Source of the DNA: Candidatus Bathyarchaeota archaeon
GTDB taxonomy: Archaea; Thermoproteota; CALKCG01; B24; DRYS01
Length of the DNA stretch: 64,000 nt
Assembly: GCA_018396535.1 (NCBI GenBank)
Contig: JAGTQC010000002.1
Location: forward strand, 96,001-160,000
Direction of reading: 5' to 3'
In this document: positions 48,024 to 58,826 of the stretch, piece after piece
How the letters are laid out: each line of letters opens with the position of its first letter
How positions within the stretch are numbered: the first letter of the stretch is position 1
Notes under the pieces: model-generated
Told to the model about the DNA's origin: nothing
Databases searched by the model: none
Seen by the model: the letters and a program-made list of their open reading frames with translations, nothing else
Translations under genes and position numbers: made by a program

Positions 48024-50804
48024 TTAGCTATAGAGTTCTACGGATAATCTAACCCCTTCTCTAAGTCCAACTGGTTCAGCGAATTTCAGTAATATACAGC
48101 CATCGCTAAATTCTAAGCTAAACCTCGATTCGCATCCATCGATAAAGACTCTAGCTCCACTAAACCTAGATGTTACAGGTATAGTGATGCCGCTAATCGT
48201 TATAGATCCTAATCTACCTTCTATATCTAAGCTAATCTTACCTTCTGTAGATCTATACGCTAAAGATGCTAAAGCACCTGGTAGGAGAATCGGTCCTTTA
48301 AAGTCCATCTTATTAATCTTGGGATCTATCCTGAGTATACCATCTACTCCTCTATATCGTGCTCCTGCTAACGCGTTGAATATCGTTAAAGATACAAGAA
48401 CTCTGAAATAGTGTCCTCCACACTCTATATGATTCCAGTAGAGACCCCAGCTTCTATACCTTTCATGTACAGATCTAAGAAGTTCTACACCTTCATCCAC
48501 CATACCCTCTTCTATCATATGCGTCGCTACAGGTATCTCTATCCCAGTCCACGGTGTATCCGCCTGGGATCCAACCGTATACGGTATCGAAGATTCGTTG
48601 AAGTACTTCATATCACCAGCTAACGCTGGTCTAGGTTTACCAGGGTATACAGCGTTTATGAGACCCTCCCACTTCTTAAAATTGTATTTGTATACAGATT
48701 TTAGCATCGATACAACCTTCTCTCTATCGAATGCATAGTCCAGGTCTAGAAGGAATTTAAGATACCATTCACCTGTAAGTGCTGCACTCATACAAGCTTT
48801 ATCCCTCATACCGCTTATAGGATCATACCAGTTATCGAAGTATTCACCATTCCATAGGAGTTTTATGAAGTTCTCTACGGCGCAACAATATATCTTCTCG
48901 AACTCTCTAGCATCCTCTGTAAATCCGTTAAGCTTAGCAGCTTCTATAGCTGCTTTAAGCGATGCTATCCATAAGTCTGATGTAAACGTCGCTACACCTA
49001 GTAGGCTTAAAGCATCGAATGTATTCACAGATATGGGTATGTACATCGGGCCTGAGAGGAGTATTCTCAGAGATTCTAGAAGTCTCCTACCCATAACCCC
49101 GCTTATAGCCTCCGCTACCTGGGAGAATCCTTCATAGCCAGATGGTGGTGAATGATACATTAGCTTAAGACCTGCATCATCATGCTGTACTAATACTGCT
49201 TTAACAACGGTTTTTATAGACTCCCATAACCTAGATAGGTATGCACGGTCACCTGTCCAGTAGTAGTTGAGTAGAACTAGTAGTATATACTCTGGTAGGA
49301 GATCATTCCTATCATACGTATCGACTATATCTAGCGATGCTATGAAGAAATGCGGAACCCTACCTGTAGGATCCTTCCCGGTCTTACCGACGATCTCTCT
49401 TATAGTTTTCTTAAATTTCTCTAGATCATGCTGTATCGACGGATCCTTCTTCAAAGCATCCCTATAGAGCTGCATATTCTCTGGGAAAGCTAGAGCGAAT
49501 AATTCATAGTATGGAGACTTATCCTTATCCAGTATATACCTCTCCGTATTGAAGATTATATTCTTAGCTAGATCAGGGTATAGGTAGGCTATCCCAGTTA
49601 TACCCCAGAAAGCTACATCTACTGTATTGAAACCACAGCATCCAGGCCCACCCTCCCATACACCGAATCTACCATCCTTCAGTAGCCATGTACACTTAGA
49701 TAGAGTCGTTATCTGGGAGGAGGCTAAATCTACGATCCACTTATCGTAGGATGCATCGTAGAGCGTATCTATAAACCTCCTAGTCTTAGAGTATAGGTAA
49801 TCGAGGTTATCTACAGTATAATCTAGGACAGCTGTAACATCTGGGAATATATTCTCGTAGTAGTGCCCTACTAGTACACCTCTCAAATCTATATGGTTTG
49901 GATAGTACCAGGCTAGTAGGATAGTAACCCTACCCTCATTACCAGGCTTAATCCTTATACTCTTAGTGAGACAGCCGTATAGATCTAAACCGTAGGCTTC
50001 GGCATCTGCTAAACCTGATATCAATCCATCCTTCCTGAAATCTACTAGAAGCCTCCTCACGATATTAGAAAATGCTCTCCTATCATCTGGAGCTGTCTTT
50101 ATACTTACAGATGAATTAGCTTCGCCTAAAACAGCTAACGCTAGGGAGCCGTTAAACATACAATGATCTACGCTTAAACCTTCACCTTTGAGCAGCATGG
50201 CTGTATACTTACCGCTTCTATATAGCTTGTTAACAATCTTTACATTCGGGCTTATCCTATGGGGGTTTCTCAGAATAGATAGTAGCGATACTTCAACCTC
50301 TCTTGATCCATTATTCTTAAAGCGGAATACAAGGATAGCTACAGGTATAGATGAGTTTTTAATATCGGATGGTATAAGCGGTGAGAAAGCTTCCATAGAG
50401 ATTTCTAAACCGAAGTATTGGAATGAGGAATCCGTATATCTGAGTATAGCGAAGGGGGGCTTACCTTCGAAATCTATCTTCTCGACAGGTCTAACCCACG
50501 GTATACGATAAGGATCCACTATAGACTGCCATAAACGGTAAGTTATATCTGGATCGCTATCCATCCATAAGCTAGTTGTCAAGAACCTTACTACAGGCTC
50601 ATCTTCATCAGACGCTACTCTTAAAGCGAAGATGAAGCCCTCTCTATCTAAGTACTGCTCTATCTCACCTCCAGCTCTCCACGGCCTATTATTGAATATC
50701 TGCCACTCATAGAACCGCCCATCTGCTCTAATCTCCACAGAACCGGTACCTAATCCCCCTAAAGGTATTCCTGAATAAGCTGGTGTAGACGAGGATATAT
50801 TCAT
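48024..50804 (-). CDS. GH116 glycosidase
   Basis: GIPLGGLGTGS, W.IFN, FSP.IP....SS.P, WEG...C...TVDV, NTFD, LWNGEYF, WTG.E, ECG.HY.R. Confidence 0.9.
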   Translation of the reverse strand: MNISSSTPAYSGIPLGGLGTGSVEIRADGRFYEWQIFNNRPWRAGGEIEQYLDREGFIFALRVASDEDEPVVRFLTTSLWMDSDPDITYRLWQSIVDPYRIPWVRPVEKIDFEGKPPFAILRYTDSSFQYFGLEISMEAFSPLIPSDIKNSSIPVAILVFRFKNNGSREVEVSLLSILRNPHRISPNVKIVNKLYRSGKYTAMLLKGEGLSVDHCMFNGSLALAVLGEANSSVSIKTAPDDRRAFSNIVRRLLVDFRKDGLISGLADAEAYGLDLYGCLTKSIRIKPGNEGRVTILLAWYYPNHIDLRGVLVGHYYENIFPDVTAVLDYTVDNLDYLYSKTRRFIDTLYDASYDKWIVDLASSQITTLSKCTWLLKDGRFGVWEGGPGCCGFNTVDVAFWGITGIAYLYPDLAKNIIFNTERYILDKDKSPYYELFALAFPENMQLYRDALKKDPSIQHDLEKFKKTIREIVGKTGKDPTGRVPHFFIASLDIVDTYDRNDLLPEYILLVLLNYYWTGDRAYLSRLWESIKTVVKAVLVQHDDAGLKLMYHSPPSGYEGFSQVAEAISGVMGRRLLESLRILLSGPMYIPISVNTFDALSLLGVATFTSDLWIASLKAAIEAAKLNGFTEDAREFEKIYCCAVENFIKLLWNGEYFDNWYDPISGMRDKACMSAALTGEWYLKFLLDLDYAFDREKVVSMLKSVYKYNFKKWEGLINAVYPGKPRPALAGDMKYFNESSIPYTVGSQADTPWTGIEIPVATHMIEEGMVDEGVELLRSVHERYRSWGLYWNHIECGGHYFRVLVSLTIFNALAGARYRGVDGILRIDPKINKMDFKGPILLPGALASLAYRSTEGKISLDIEGRLGSITISGITIPVTSRFSGARVFIDGCESRFSLEFSDGCILLKFAEPVGLREGVRLSVELYS

Positions 50805-50844
50805 AGCCTAACCTACTATATCTGTATGCTAGCTATATAAGCTG

Positions 50845-51630
50845 TTAAGATAGCCTATAATGAGTAAGTATCTCTGATAACTCTAAAGCTATATCCATAT
50901 TGCTACAAGCTACTATAGGACTCCTAACACCATACTCTAATCTAGGTTTCAATCTATCCATACCCTTATCGAATAGGTACCCTCCAGCTTCCTCCAATAT
51001 GAATCCTGCTGCAGCAAAATCTGTAAGTCTCAATATGCCTCTCAAATCTATGAATGCTTCGAGACTACCTGAAGCTACCATGCAGATCTCTAACGCATCA
51101 GATCCGATACATCTTACATGAGCTGCTCTTCTAACTATTTCGATGATACTTAGAGCTGTATGATCATCTATAGCTCCTTTGAAATTTAGATCTATAGCTA
51201 CCATAGCTTTACTTAGTTTAGCGGTATTGGATGGCTTTATAAGCTTACCATTTAAGTATGCTCCAGCACCCCTATATGCTTCGAATACTTGATTTAGAAT
51301 AGGATTAACTACGACCGCAGATACTATATCATCCCAGTTATACCCATAAGCTAGAGCTAGACTTAGAGAGTATAGCGAGTACCCTTTGAGTAAATTTGTA
51401 GTACCATCTATAGGATCTAATATGAGTATCGGTGGTCCTCCACCACCCCAAGATATGATGCCACTCTCCTCTGTTATCAATGTCGCATTCTTCAATCTCT
51501 GCTTGAGTATCCTAGCTATCGAATCCTCGACTTTCACGTCTACATCTTCAAGGCTTCCCTCAGCTACTACTCTATTTAGAGTCTCTACGCCTCCTTCTAA
51601 CGCTTCTAATAGTAACTCTGATCTAGACAT
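50845..51630 (-). CDS. suhB: Inositol monophosphatase/FBPase family
   Basis: TEE, LDPIDGTTN, GAYLNG, R..GS.ALE, D.AA..ILEEAGG. Confidence 0.88.
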   Translation of the reverse strand: MSRSELLLEALEGGVETLNRVVAEGSLEDVDVKVEDSIARILKQRLKNATLITEESGIISWGGGGPPILILDPIDGTTNLLKGYSLYSLSLALAYGYNWDDIVSAVVVNPILNQVFEAYRGAGAYLNGKLIKPSNTAKLSKAMVAIDLNFKGAIDDHTALSIIEIVRRAAHVRCIGSDALEICMVASGSLEAFIDLRGILRLTDFAAAGFILEEAGGYLFDKGMDRLKPRLEYGVRSPIVACSNMDIALELSEILTHYRLS

Positions 51631-51642
51631 AGCAGAGTAGGT

Positions 51643-52146
51643 TTAGTAAACCACAACCTTATTAACACCTTCTATCCTTAGAAGTTCTGGTATTATATCT
51701 CCAGGTAAAGGTTTCTCCGTGATTATAGTAAGTTTAGGTTCGGGATGAAGATCCGGGTCATCAGCTACAGCCTGCCTTATACTTATACCTCTCCTAGCTA
51801 TAGCTTGAGCTGCACCAGCTAGGATACCCTTCATCCTAGAATCAGCGTATATCTCGACTACGCCGTAACCTAAGAGCTTAGCTGCATCAGCTAGAAAGGC
51901 TCCTGATGGCCTAAGCTTAGAGAATATCTCTCTGAGAAAGTCATCCTCAAGTATACTTTTAGCAGTAGCCTTTACCGTTCTCCTATCTACACCTAGAGCT
52001 CTCGCTATTTTAGCTTCATCCATCTCTATGGGTCCACAGTATATCTTACCATCTAGACCTATCCTCAATCCAAGCTCTACTAGAGCTTTAGCAACTTTAA
52101 GTCTCCCAGGATACTCTTCGAAATGTTTTGCTATCTTACTCCACAA
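51643..52146 (-). CDS. trpY: Tryptophan regulator TrpY-like (HTH plus ACT)
   Basis: W..I...F..YP.R..VA, IARALGVDRRTV, ISIRQ...DP.L...P.LTIIT match the Methanothermobacter TrpY family as I recall it. Likely TTG start 52146 (ORF track gives 52206). Confidence 0.8.
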   Translation of the reverse strand: MWSKIAKHFEEYPGRLKVAKALVELGLRIGLDGKIYCGPIEMDEAKIARALGVDRRTVKATAKSILEDDFLREIFSKLRPSGAFLADAAKLLGYGVVEIYADSRMKGILAGAAQAIARRGISIRQAVADDPDLHPEPKLTIITEKPLPGDIIPELLRIEGVNKVVVY

Positions 52147-52198
52147 AACAATCCTTAAGAGTATTAAAGTAGACAACATTGCTATAAAGATTTCATAT

Positions 52199-53158
52199 TT
52201 AAGCATAAGTAGAAGCTTTCAGTAGAGCATCCATATCTTCAGCTAGCTCTTTTAGAGAAGCTACACCAACCATAGCGGATCCCGCCTTCACAACCCTAAA
52301 TACATAGTGAAATGCATCGATAGGACGAACCCTCCCTCCTGCTAAAGGCTTTATAGCTATTATCAGCCTACTCGCTCTAGCTATAGCATCCTCTACACTA
52401 TCTTTAGATGGGAGCATTAAGGCTCCTATAGGGTTTAACGGCGTTATGTATCCTTTAAAATCTAGATCGGATTCTTCGAGTATAGGTATAACCGATCCCG
52501 CATGGTGGGATCCTATGAATACTTCTAACCCTGATTCTCTAAGAATATCTATGCATTCTCCTAGAAGATCCAGTCTACGCGTTAATACTAGGAAATCAGC
52601 TTCGGAGCCAAGCTCTAAGAAGAGACATCTATCTAGATCGAAATACGATACCCTCTCTTCTATTAGCTTTAAATCTACGGAAAGCTCCTGAAAATCTTCG
52701 TATTCGTATGGCTTTATATCTGTTAAAGCTTTAGAAAAGATCTCCATCCATCCAGGTCTACATGATAGTATAGGATCTCTAAGGTATTTCTCCTTCAAGA
52801 TATATGCATCCATGACGCTCTTAGATTCTAGTATGAGATATGTAACCCAACGTCTTACATCGTCTATCTTCGCCCCCCTAATGGTTAAAGGTATGCTTAT
52901 ACAGGGTGCTAGCATCCATTCTATTCCTTCGCTTCTAAGCTTAGAGATCGATAGGAAGAATAGCTTGACTAGCTTATCCTCAGAATATGTAGGTGATGCT
53001 ACTACTCTAATACCGTAATCTACATAGGCGGATCTTAGAATATTCATCGTCTCATTCATATCGGAGAATCTTTCCCTATACAATCGGTTTATTTCAGGTC
53101 CCTGGTACGATTCACCTAGAAATGGTAGGCATCCTAGTATTACTCTAGGTATACTCAT
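52199..53158 (-). CDS. Aldo/keto-reductase-like TIM barrel, function unknown
   Basis: ILG..PF.G N-terminus, PLNP.G, IAIKPLAGGR, VGVAS..E. Confidence 0.6.
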   Translation of the reverse strand: MSIPRVILGCLPFLGESYQGPEINRLYRERFSDMNETMNILRSAYVDYGIRVVASPTYSEDKLVKLFFLSISKLRSEGIEWMLAPCISIPLTIRGAKIDDVRRWVTYLILESKSVMDAYILKEKYLRDPILSCRPGWMEIFSKALTDIKPYEYEDFQELSVDLKLIEERVSYFDLDRCLFLELGSEADFLVLTRRLDLLGECIDILRESGLEVFIGSHHAGSVIPILEESDLDFKGYITPLNPIGALMLPSKDSVEDAIARASRLIIAIKPLAGGRVRPIDAFHYVFRVVKAGSAMVGVASLKELAEDMDALLKASTYA

Positions 53159-53200
53159 AATCCTAATATCGTCTTATTCAACTGAAAGTTAAAAGTTAGG

Positions 53201-54133
53201 GTGTCGTATGCTATGCCCTATGTAGTAGCTGCTACATGGAGCTTTGGTTTAAAGGCTGTATCGAGAGCCGCGGAGATTCTCACATTAAACGGAAACGCTC
53301 TCGACGCCGTCGAGGAGGGTATAAAAGTGGTTGAGCTTGATCCAGAGGTGTTAACAGTCGGTCTTGGAGGTATACCTAACCTTAAAGGTGTATGCGAGCT
53401 CGACGCCTCCATAATGGACGGCTACTCTCTCAAAGCGGGAGCTGTAGGTGGAGTGAGGAATGTTCTACATCCTATATCGGTAGCTAGGAAGGTTTTAGAA
53501 TTAACGCCTCATATACTATTAGTTGGTGATGAGGCTATAGATTTCGCTTCGAAACTCGGATTAACGGTATCGGAGTTTACTTGGAAGAAGGGGGCGTTAG
53601 AAAAGTGGAGAGAGCTTCTATCCAGTATAAATCTCGGAGTGGGTCTTCAACCCTATATGGATAAGATTAAAGCTTATATTGAGCATTATAGACTACATGA
53701 GACTATATCCGTAGTAGCTCTAGATAGATATGGAAACATAGCATCCGGTAGCTCTACTACCGGCCTACCGCTTAAAATTCCTGGAAGAGTGGGGGATTCT
53801 GCCATCATCGGTGCAGGCGTCTATGCAGATAATGACGTAGGAGCTGCATGTACGACTGGCGTAGGCGAGATAGCTCAGATAACACTTCTATCCAAGAATG
53901 TATGCGATCTTATACGTACGGGTCTAGATCCGCAAGATGCATGCGAGAAAGCTATAGAAAATACCTTTAGATATAAGTACTATCATGGAGGTATAGCAGT
54001 GTTAGCAATCGATCGTGAAGGTAGAATAGGAGCTGCATCATCGCGTAAAGACTTCGTATATGCATATATAGCTGAGGGTATGGATAAACCTAAAGTGGAA
54101 GCCGGCGTATACGTAGATTCTAGTGAATACTAG
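53201..54133 (+). CDS. Ntn-hydrolase: glycosylasparaginase/isoaspartyl peptidase
   Basis: ATW, ALDAVE, VG.GG.PN..G..ELDASIMDG, autocleavage site HE|TI, GRVGDS.IIGAG, TG.GE. Confidence 0.88.
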   Translation: MSYAMPYVVAATWSFGLKAVSRAAEILTLNGNALDAVEEGIKVVELDPEVLTVGLGGIPNLKGVCELDASIMDGYSLKAGAVGGVRNVLHPISVARKVLELTPHILLVGDEAIDFASKLGLTVSEFTWKKGALEKWRELLSSINLGVGLQPYMDKIKAYIEHYRLHETISVVALDRYGNIASGSSTTGLPLKIPGRVGDSAIIGAGVYADNDVGAACTTGVGEIAQITLLSKNVCDLIRTGLDPQDACEKAIENTFRYKYYHGGIAVLAIDREGRIGAASSRKDFVYAYIAEGMDKPKVEAGVYVDSSEY

Positions 54134-55011
54134 AATCTCTTAGGGAATATCCTTGCTAAAGCAGGCTTCAATAAAGTCGTTAATACCAGCGAGACCGCTA
54201 CTTGACCGAATACATCCCTATACAGGGATATTAGAGCTGGAGCTAAACCCTTTATGAATATATTCACATAGAAGTATGTCATAGCCATAACAACTCCTCC
54301 CAAGGCGCATAGAGCTATCTGTATATAGAATCTTCTACCTTTACCAAGACCAGCTATAAACCCTTCTAACCCATGTGCAGGTATAGAGACAAACCATCGA
54401 GGATAACCTATATAGATATCTGCAGCAACGGCTCCTACAGCACCTATTAGAGCACCTAGTTTAGGTCCAAGCATAAGTGCTGATATGAATATGATAGTGT
54501 CACCTATATGGGTATACCCCCCTGTAGGTGATGGAAAGAATTGGCCTGTGAAAGCTGTAGCTACGGCTGTTAAAGCTGAGAATATAGCTATGGATGCTGC
54601 TTCTAAGCTAGATAATCTAACAGTAGGCTTGTATGTAGGCTCCTCCTTGAAGATAAAACCAGATCTAAAGCCTAGTATAGCTATAGCTACTAGCCCTGTT
54701 AAATCTATTAACGGCATATCCACGCCTATGATTCTCGAATAGGTTATAGACGCCACTCCTAAGCATAGGGAGGATAGCGATAATAGTATCGACCATAATC
54801 CACGAGTGAACAAAGATGCTAGTACTAGAAGTAGTGATAGAAGGCCGAGAGTTAATAACAAGCTTAAACTATTCTTCATATAGCCTGGAATATCTACAAC
54901 ACTTAGAAATGTGTATCCGCCAGCGTATAGTATATGAGTAACACTCATTAATGTATGGAGAGCTATGATAGCTCCTCCTATGATAGCTAGATACGTTTGT
55001 AGCGTCTTCAT
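54130..55011 (-). CDS. ECF transporter S component with extra N-terminal TM domain
   Basis: AIFSALTAVAT, P.PTGGY.HIGD, GP..G..IGAVG...ADI..GYP. Confidence 0.82.
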   Translation of the reverse strand: MKTLQTYLAIIGGAIIALHTLMSVTHILYAGGYTFLSVVDIPGYMKNSLSLLLTLGLLSLLLVLASLFTRGLWSILLSLSSLCLGVASITYSRIIGVDMPLIDLTGLVAIAILGFRSGFIFKEEPTYKPTVRLSSLEAASIAIFSALTAVATAFTGQFFPSPTGGYTHIGDTIIFISALMLGPKLGALIGAVGAVAADIYIGYPRWFVSIPAHGLEGFIAGLGKGRRFYIQIALCALGGVVMAMTYFYVNIFIKGLAPALISLYRDVFGQVAVSLVLTTLLKPALARIFPKRF

Positions 55012-55205
55012 ACGGAAATTTATTCAAGTTTTAACTTTAATATTAAAGTTTGTCATTGTATAGTATGTAGGTTAGATATCGATCAGACAAGTATATCTAA
55101 TAGCTAAATCATATATGGCTGTATAATCCAATCTCGAATATACTCTACCTAGATAACCTATATATCCAGATATCGAGAAGTATATCATTTCCTTTAGGTG
55201 GTGTT

Positions 55206-56003
55206 ATGAAGATATCATGTCAAGAAAACCTACTAACAGGTGTATCGTTTGAAGAAAAGGTGTATACAGCTGAGAAGCTTAAGCTCGATGCTATAGAGGT
55301 TTGGGGTAGAGACCTTGATACTAGAATTAAGTCCATACTAGATGCAATATCATCTAGTCGAGTTAAGATTTCCACCATATGTAGTGGTTATCCTGGTGAT
55401 CTTCTAAGCACAGATAGGAGGGAAAGAGAAGAAGCTATGAATGGAATAATTGAGAGACTTAGATATGCATCTGAACTTGGAGCTATAGGTTTGATAGTCG
55501 TTCCAACCTTCGGTAGACCTAAGCTTCCAGATCTATACCCATTACATCGTGATGTAATCGAGCTGGAGAGGAGACTTATAATAGAGGAGCTTCGAATACT
55601 GGATAAATACGCTGTCGATTATGGAGTATACATACTGTTGGAGCCTATCAATAGGTATGAGACACATTTCATGAATAAAATTTCAGATGCGATTAAAATC
55701 GTAAGTGAGGTCTATGGAAACAATATAGCGGTTATGGCTGATTTCTTCCATATGAATATAGAGGAGAGAGATTTATCAGAAAGTTTACTTTCATGTATCC
55801 ACCTACTTAAACATATACATCTAGCGGATAGCAATAGACTCCCACCAGGTTTTGGGCATACAGATTTTAAGACACCCCTCTCCCTGCTCAAGAAGCATGG
55901 ATATAAATATTATATGGCTTACGAATGTAGGATACCTGAACCTACAGAGCTGAATCTAGAGAGATCTATAGGATATATCAGAAGCGTGATATGTGAGGTG
56001 TGA
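55206..56003 (+). CDS. Sugar-phosphate isomerase/epimerase (TIM barrel)
   Basis: LEPINRYET, DFFHMNIEE, HIHLADSNR..PG.GH.DF, YEC. Confidence 0.88.
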   Translation: MKISCQENLLTGVSFEEKVYTAEKLKLDAIEVWGRDLDTRIKSILDAISSSRVKISTICSGYPGDLLSTDRREREEAMNGIIERLRYASELGAIGLIVVPTFGRPKLPDLYPLHRDVIELERRLIIEELRILDKYAVDYGVYILLEPINRYETHFMNKISDAIKIVSEVYGNNIAVMADFFHMNIEERDLSESLLSCIHLLKHIHLADSNRLPPGFGHTDFKTPLSLLKKHGYKYYMAYECRIPEPTELNLERSIGYIRSVICEV

Positions 56004-56004
56004 T

Positions 56005-56982
56005 ATGAGAAGGATTCGTGTAGGATTCATAGGTGCTGGAGGTATAGCAGGATTACATGCTAGTAAGCTATCTACCATCCCAGAGGTTGAGGTTGTTTCA
56101 GTAGCGGATGTCGTATACGATAAAGCTAGAAGCTTCTCTGAGAAGTATGGTGGTAAACCCTATAATGACTGGAGGGAGATGTATAAAAGCGAGAAGCTAG
56201 ATGCTGTATGGATATGTATACCTCCATATGCTCATACAGATGAAGTAGAGGAGGCGGCTGAAAGAGGTATCCATGTGTTTATAGAGAAGCCTATAGCTTT
56301 AACACTGGAGAAGGCTGAGGATATGAGGAGAGCTGTGGAGGAGAGTGGGGTTATATCATGGGTTGGCTACCATTTTAGGCAGGCGTACTCTATAAGACGG
56401 TGCAAGAGTATACTAAGCGAGTCTGGCCCGGTAGGTGTAGTTTTAGGTAGATGGTGGGGTGGAATAGTAGGAGATCCTAAACATTGGTGGTGGAGAAGAG
56501 AGCTTAGCGGAGGGCAGATAGTGGAGCAGGCTACGCATATATTCGATCTAGCAAGATTCCTTGTAGGTGATGTTTCAAGAGTTTACACAGAGTTAACCAA
56601 ATCTATGCTTACAGATATACCTGATCTAACTATAGAGGATGCTGCAGCAACTGTACTACGGTTTAAGAACGGGGCTATAGGTGTTATCACGAATACATGT
56701 GGTGCTAATCCTCAAGCTCATAAAGTAGAGATGGATATAGTAGCTAGGAGAGCTCATATAGAAATACGTGGTACGAAGAAAGCCACCATATATAGGATTG
56801 ACGGTGTAGAGGATATAACGTCACTCAACGATCCATACCTAGATGAGGATTTAAAATTTATAAAAGCTATCAAAGGTGAAGGCGAAAGCGAGGTTCCGAT
56901 AAGCGAAGGGGTAAAGACTCTCAAACTTACGTTAGCAGCTTTAGAAGCATACGAGAAAACACTACCTATAAAGATCGATTGA
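56005..56982 (+). CDS. Gfo/Idh/MocA oxidoreductase
   Basis: GFIGAGGIA, EKP, SGGQIVEQATH.FD; SD GAGGTG before ATG 56005. Confidence 0.9.
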   Translation: MRRIRVGFIGAGGIAGLHASKLSTIPEVEVVSVADVVYDKARSFSEKYGGKPYNDWREMYKSEKLDAVWICIPPYAHTDEVEEAAERGIHVFIEKPIALTLEKAEDMRRAVEESGVISWVGYHFRQAYSIRRCKSILSESGPVGVVLGRWWGGIVGDPKHWWWRRELSGGQIVEQATHIFDLARFLVGDVSRVYTELTKSMLTDIPDLTIEDAAATVLRFKNGAIGVITNTCGANPQAHKVEMDIVARRAHIEIRGTKKATIYRIDGVEDITSLNDPYLDEDLKFIKAIKGEGESEVPISEGVKTLKLTLAALEAYEKTLPIKID

Positions 56983-57024
56983 GTAATGTGGCTATCCCCC
57001 TATTTCATGGTATATTATGTTTAA

Positions 57025-57070
57025 TGTACATTTTTGATCAATAAAGTTTAATACTAAGCTTAAATGTACT
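57025..57070 (+). promoter_or_regulatory. TRP-box-like motifs flanking the trpB2 TATA
   Basis: AATGTACATT (core 57025-57030) and AATGTACTT (core 57065-57070) either side of AAAGTTTAAT. Confidence 0.5.
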
Positions 57071-57088
57071 TAGTGGGCGTGATACCCT

Positions 57089-58498
57089 ATGTCTAGAGGG
57101 ATATGTAAAGTAGTATTGGATGAAGAACTCATCCCTAGGAGCTGGTATAATATACTACCAGATCTACCAGAGCCTCTACCACCACCATTGAATCCTGCTA
57201 CTAGATCACCAGTCAATCCTAAAGATCTTGAAGCTATTTTTGCTAAAGAACTAGTACGACAGGAAGTTTCACAGGATAGATGGATACCCATACCTGATGA
57301 AGTTAGGGATGTATACAAGCTTTGGCGGCCTACACCCCTTTATAGAGCGTATAGGCTTGAGAAGGCTTTGAAAACCCCTGCTAAGATCTACTATAAGTAT
57401 GAAGGGGTAAGTCCTCCTGGAAGTCATAAACCGAATACAGCTGTAGCTCAAGCATATTACAATATGATAGAAGGAATAGAAAGGCTTACAACTGAGACGG
57501 GAGCTGGACAATGGGGTTCAGCTTTAGCATTTGCATGTATGTTATTCGGCTTGAAATCTACCATTTACATGGTTAAGGTTAGCTATAATCAGAAGCCCTA
57601 TCGTAGGATTCTGATGGAGATGTGGGGTGCGGAGGTTTTAGCCAGCCCAAGTAGTAGAACTGAGGCTGGACGGAAGATTTTGGAAAAGGATCCAGATAAT
57701 CCTGGTAGTCTAGGCATAGCTATAAGCGAAGCTATAGAGGATGCTGTTAAAGATCCTAGAGCTAAGTATACTCTTGGAAGTGTTTTGAATCACGTATTAC
57801 TACACCAGACGGTTATAGGGTTGGAAGCTAGGGAGCAGTTTGCGGTAATCGATGAATATCCAGATATGATAATTGGATGTATAGGTGGTGGAAGCAGTTT
57901 CTCAGGTATATTCTGGCCATTTTACTACGATAAGGTATCAGGCAAAGCACCCAAGGATATCAGATTCATAGCGGTAGAGCCTACGGCATGCCCCTCTATA
58001 ACTCAGGGTTTCTATACCTACGACCATGGAGATACAGCTAGATTAACACCGCTACTCAAGATGTATACGCTAGGACATACATTTATACCCCCACCAATAC
58101 ATGCCGGAGGTTTAAGGTATCATGGAAAAGCTCCGACGCTATGCTTACTAGCTAGACATGGAATAGTGGATGTTAGAGCTTACGATCAGGTTAGTGTATT
58201 CGATGCCGCCGCGCTATTCACTAAGACTGAGGGGATACTACCGGCTCCTGAACCCAGCCACGCTATCAAAGCCGTGATAGATGAAGCTATAAGATGTCGG
58301 GAGGAAAATGAGGAGAAGACAATATTATTCCTACTATGCGGGCATGGGTTATTGGATATGCAGGCATTCGACGACTATTTGAGGGGTAAGCTTCACCCAT
58401 ACTACTATCCTAGGGAACATGTTATAGAGGCATTAAGAGAGCTGAAAACACTGTACCCATGGCTTAACGGAGAGCTTTCAAAAGCACTATCTGAATGA
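57089..58498 (+). CDS. trpB2: Tryptophan synthase beta chain 2
   Basis: [53 protein letters not shown]. Confidence 0.95.
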   Translation: MSRGICKVVLDEELIPRSWYNILPDLPEPLPPPLNPATRSPVNPKDLEAIFAKELVRQEVSQDRWIPIPDEVRDVYKLWRPTPLYRAYRLEKALKTPAKIYYKYEGVSPPGSHKPNTAVAQAYYNMIEGIERLTTETGAGQWGSALAFACMLFGLKSTIYMVKVSYNQKPYRRILMEMWGAEVLASPSSRTEAGRKILEKDPDNPGSLGIAISEAIEDAVKDPRAKYTLGSVLNHVLLHQTVIGLEAREQFAVIDEYPDMIIGCIGGGSSFSGIFWPFYYDKVSGKAPKDIRFIAVEPTACPSITQGFYTYDHGDTARLTPLLKMYTLGHTFIPPPIHAGGLRYHGKAPTLCLLARHGIVDVRAYDQVSVFDAAALFTKTEGILPAPEPSHAIKAVIDEAIRCREENEEKTILFLLCGHGLLDMQAFDDYLRGKLHPYYYPREHVIEALRELKTLYPWLNGELSKALSE

Positions 58499-58532
58499 GA
58501 TATGATGCGTGCATATCGATTATAAATGTAAG

Positions 58533-58826
58533 CTACCCTCCGCCTACAAGTATAGGCGCTATTACTATCTCATCTCCATCCCTAACTAGGTGTATATTCC
58601 ACTTTTCACGAGGTAATGCTACACCATTAACCATAGCCGCATAGGTAGGATTACCGGGCTCCATTATACTATACATCTCCTTTCTAAGTGAGGCTTCAAG
58701 CATATCTATTAGTAGCCCCATAACTTCTTCTACTGTTAAGCTGGTATGATCCTCTATAGTTAAGGTGAAGCTATATGGCTTATTAGATAAGCCTATTAGG
58801 GAGATCTTAACCTTCACTTGAACCAC
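58533..58826 (-). CDS. MoaD/ThiS ubiquitin-like sulfur carrier
   Basis: VNG, DGDEI.I.P, C-terminal GG. Confidence 0.85.
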   Translation of the reverse strand: MVQVKVKISLIGLSNKPYSFTLTIEDHTSLTVEEVMGLLIDMLEASLRKEMYSIMEPGNPTYAAMVNGVALPREKWNIHLVRDGDEIVIAPILVGGG

